A stretch of DNA of 5,501 bases from a virus (Duplodnaviria > Heunggongvirae > Uroviricota > Caudoviricetes), in the IMG/VR virus record IMGVR_UViG_2778261064_000016, one strand, 5' to 3'. The notes under the pieces were generated by a model that was given only the letters and a program-made list of their open reading frames with translations, was not told the DNA's origin and made no database searches. Below are positions 4,602 to 5,501 of the stretch, one piece after another. A program made the position numbers and the translations under genes. Every line of letters starts with the position of its first letter. Position 1 is the first letter of the stretch.

Positions 4602-5501
4602 ATGGCTAACGCCTGGCTCAGATTATGGCATGACATGCCAAATGATCCTAAGTGGCGAACAATTTCCAGGGTGTCAGGACAGCCAATCGCAACAGTGATG
4701 GCAGTGTATATCCACCTTCTGGTGAGCGCGTCACGAAATGTCACGACATGTCACGGCGTGTCACTACGTGGCCACATTGATGTCACGACGGAAGATTTAG
4801 CAAGTGCGCTTGATGTGACGGAAGAAGTAATTGATTCAATTTTACAGGCAATGCAGGGGCGGGTACTTGATGGAGATTTAATCACTGGATGGGAAAAACG
4901 CCAGGTACTGAAAGAGGACAACGGTAACGTTTCTCAAACCGCGAAATCCCCGGCAGAGCGCAAGAGAGCGCAGCGCGAGAGGGAAAAATTACGAAAACAG
5001 AATGAGGGGGGCCACGACGAGTCACGCATATGTCACGACATGTCACGACGAGTCACGACAGATAAAGATACAGATAAAGAATTAAACCCCACACATAACG
5101 CGCGCGAGAGTGCTCCGACCAGTGAGGCGAATGGTGTGCCGTTGCAGACAGCGGAACCTGATTACCAGGAAGGCCTGAGCGAACCCATCGGGAAATTTCC
5201 GATGACCGATGGCTGGCATCCGTCGCCGGATTTTCGACGACGGGCTGCGTTGTGGGGGATGGCTCTGCCAGAGCCGGAATTTACACCTGCTGAACTTGCC
5301 GCCTTTCGGGACTACTGGGCAGCGGAGGGGAAAGTTTTCTCGCAGGTTCAGTGGGAGCAGAAATTCGCCCGTCACGTAAATCACGTCAGGGCACAGGTTA
5401 AACCAGTCAGCAAGGGGGTAAACCATGCAGCAGCACCAGGTGGCACCGCATCACGGGCAGTTCAGGAAATTCGGGCAGCACGTGAGCAGTGGGAACGTGA
5501 A
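4602..5501 (+). CDS. phage replication initiation protein (O-like, YdaU/DUF1376-type N-terminus, DnaT-like C-terminal region), partial: continues beyond the right edge
   Basis: ATG at 4602 with SD AAGAGGTGA (5-nt spacer). Hand translation gives 300 codons with no stop to 5501. N-terminus MANAWLRLWHDMPNDPKWRTISRVSGQPIATVMAVYIHLLV. Iteron clusters inside the gene, as in lambda O. Follows ydaS/ydaT as in Rac. Confidence 0.8.
   Translation, partial: MANAWLRLWHDMPNDPKWRTISRVSGQPIATVMAVYIHLLVSASRNVTTCHGVSLRGHIDVTTEDLASALDVTEEVIDSILQAMQGRVLDGDLITGWEKRQVLKEDNGNVSQTAKSPAERKRAQREREKLRKQNEGGHDESRICHDMSRRVTTDKDTDKELNPTHNARESAPTSEANGVPLQTAEPDYQEGLSEPIGKFPMTDGWHPSPDFRRRAALWGMALPEPEFTPAELAAFRDYWAAEGKVFSQVQWEQKFARHVNHVRAQVKPVSKGVNHAAAPGGTASRAVQEIRAAREQWERE
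4729..4790 (+). repeat. iteron cluster 1: five copies of TGTCACGAC-like 10-bp repeats (four contiguous at exact 10-bp spacing)
   Basis: cgTCACGAAa / TGTCACGACa / TGTCACGGCg / TGTCACTACg at 4729-4768, then TGTCACGACg at 4781-4790. A DnaA-box-like TATCCAC sits at 4708-4714. Confidence 0.7.
5011..5060 (+). repeat. iteron cluster 2: five copies of (T/A)GTCACGAC at exact 10-bp spacing
   Basis: gCCACGACGa / GTCACGCATa / TGTCACGACa / TGTCACGACg / aGTCACGACa read directly. Two further degenerate copies (GTCACGtaaaTCACGtc) at 5371-5387. Confidence 0.7.
5061..5090 (+). other. AT-rich tract with short direct repeat (GATAAAGA x2) immediately after iteron cluster 2; candidate DNA-unwinding element of the origin
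   Basis: gataaagatacagataaagaattaaacccc is about 70 percent A+T, directly flanking the iterons, mirroring the lambda ori layout (iterons then AT-rich region inside the initiator gene). Confidence 0.5.

Noticed and set aside
4232-4744. Track ORFs 4232..4438 (+) and 4478..4744 (-)
   Set aside because: Embedded in or antisense to the ydaT-like and initiator genes. No RBS; Cys/Trp/Arg-rich translation typical of an off-frame read.
4729-5060. Possible CRISPR array
   Set aside because: The repeats are only about 10 bp, directly abutting with no spacers, and lie inside a coding sequence. This fits origin iterons, not CRISPR.
5082-5426. Track ORF 5082..5426 (-), 114 aa
   Set aside because: Antisense inside the long open initiator reading frame, with no independent support.

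Overview
This window reads as the immunity and early-control region of a Rac-like lambdoid (probably cryptic) prophage from an E. coli-like enterobacterium. All calls come from reading the sequence by eye; no database or HMM search was possible, so family and gene-name assignments are recollection and inference. On the minus strand, right to left: a short cI-like HTH repressor (3344-3742) is followed by a 63-aa antitoxin and a ParE/RelE-family toxin (3124-3315, 2837-3124) in one operon, an arrangement I recall for paaR2-paaA2-parE2 of E. coli O157:H7 prophages. Next come a terminator, a PL-like promoter with two 17-bp operator palindromes, two tiny genes, and further early-left genes running off the left edge. 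Divergent on the plus strand are Cro-like YdaS and CII-like YdaT homologues and the first 900 bp of a replication-initiator gene carrying two clusters of 10-bp TGTCACGAC iterons plus an AT-rich tract (candidate ori). The best candidate for an uncharacterised accessory module is an inverted two-gene plus-strand cassette (1468-1956 and 2083-2268: a 162-aa coiled-coil/Cys4 zinc-ribbon protein and a 61-aa protein) with its own promoter and terminator. No rRNA, tRNA, CRISPR array or IS element was seen.
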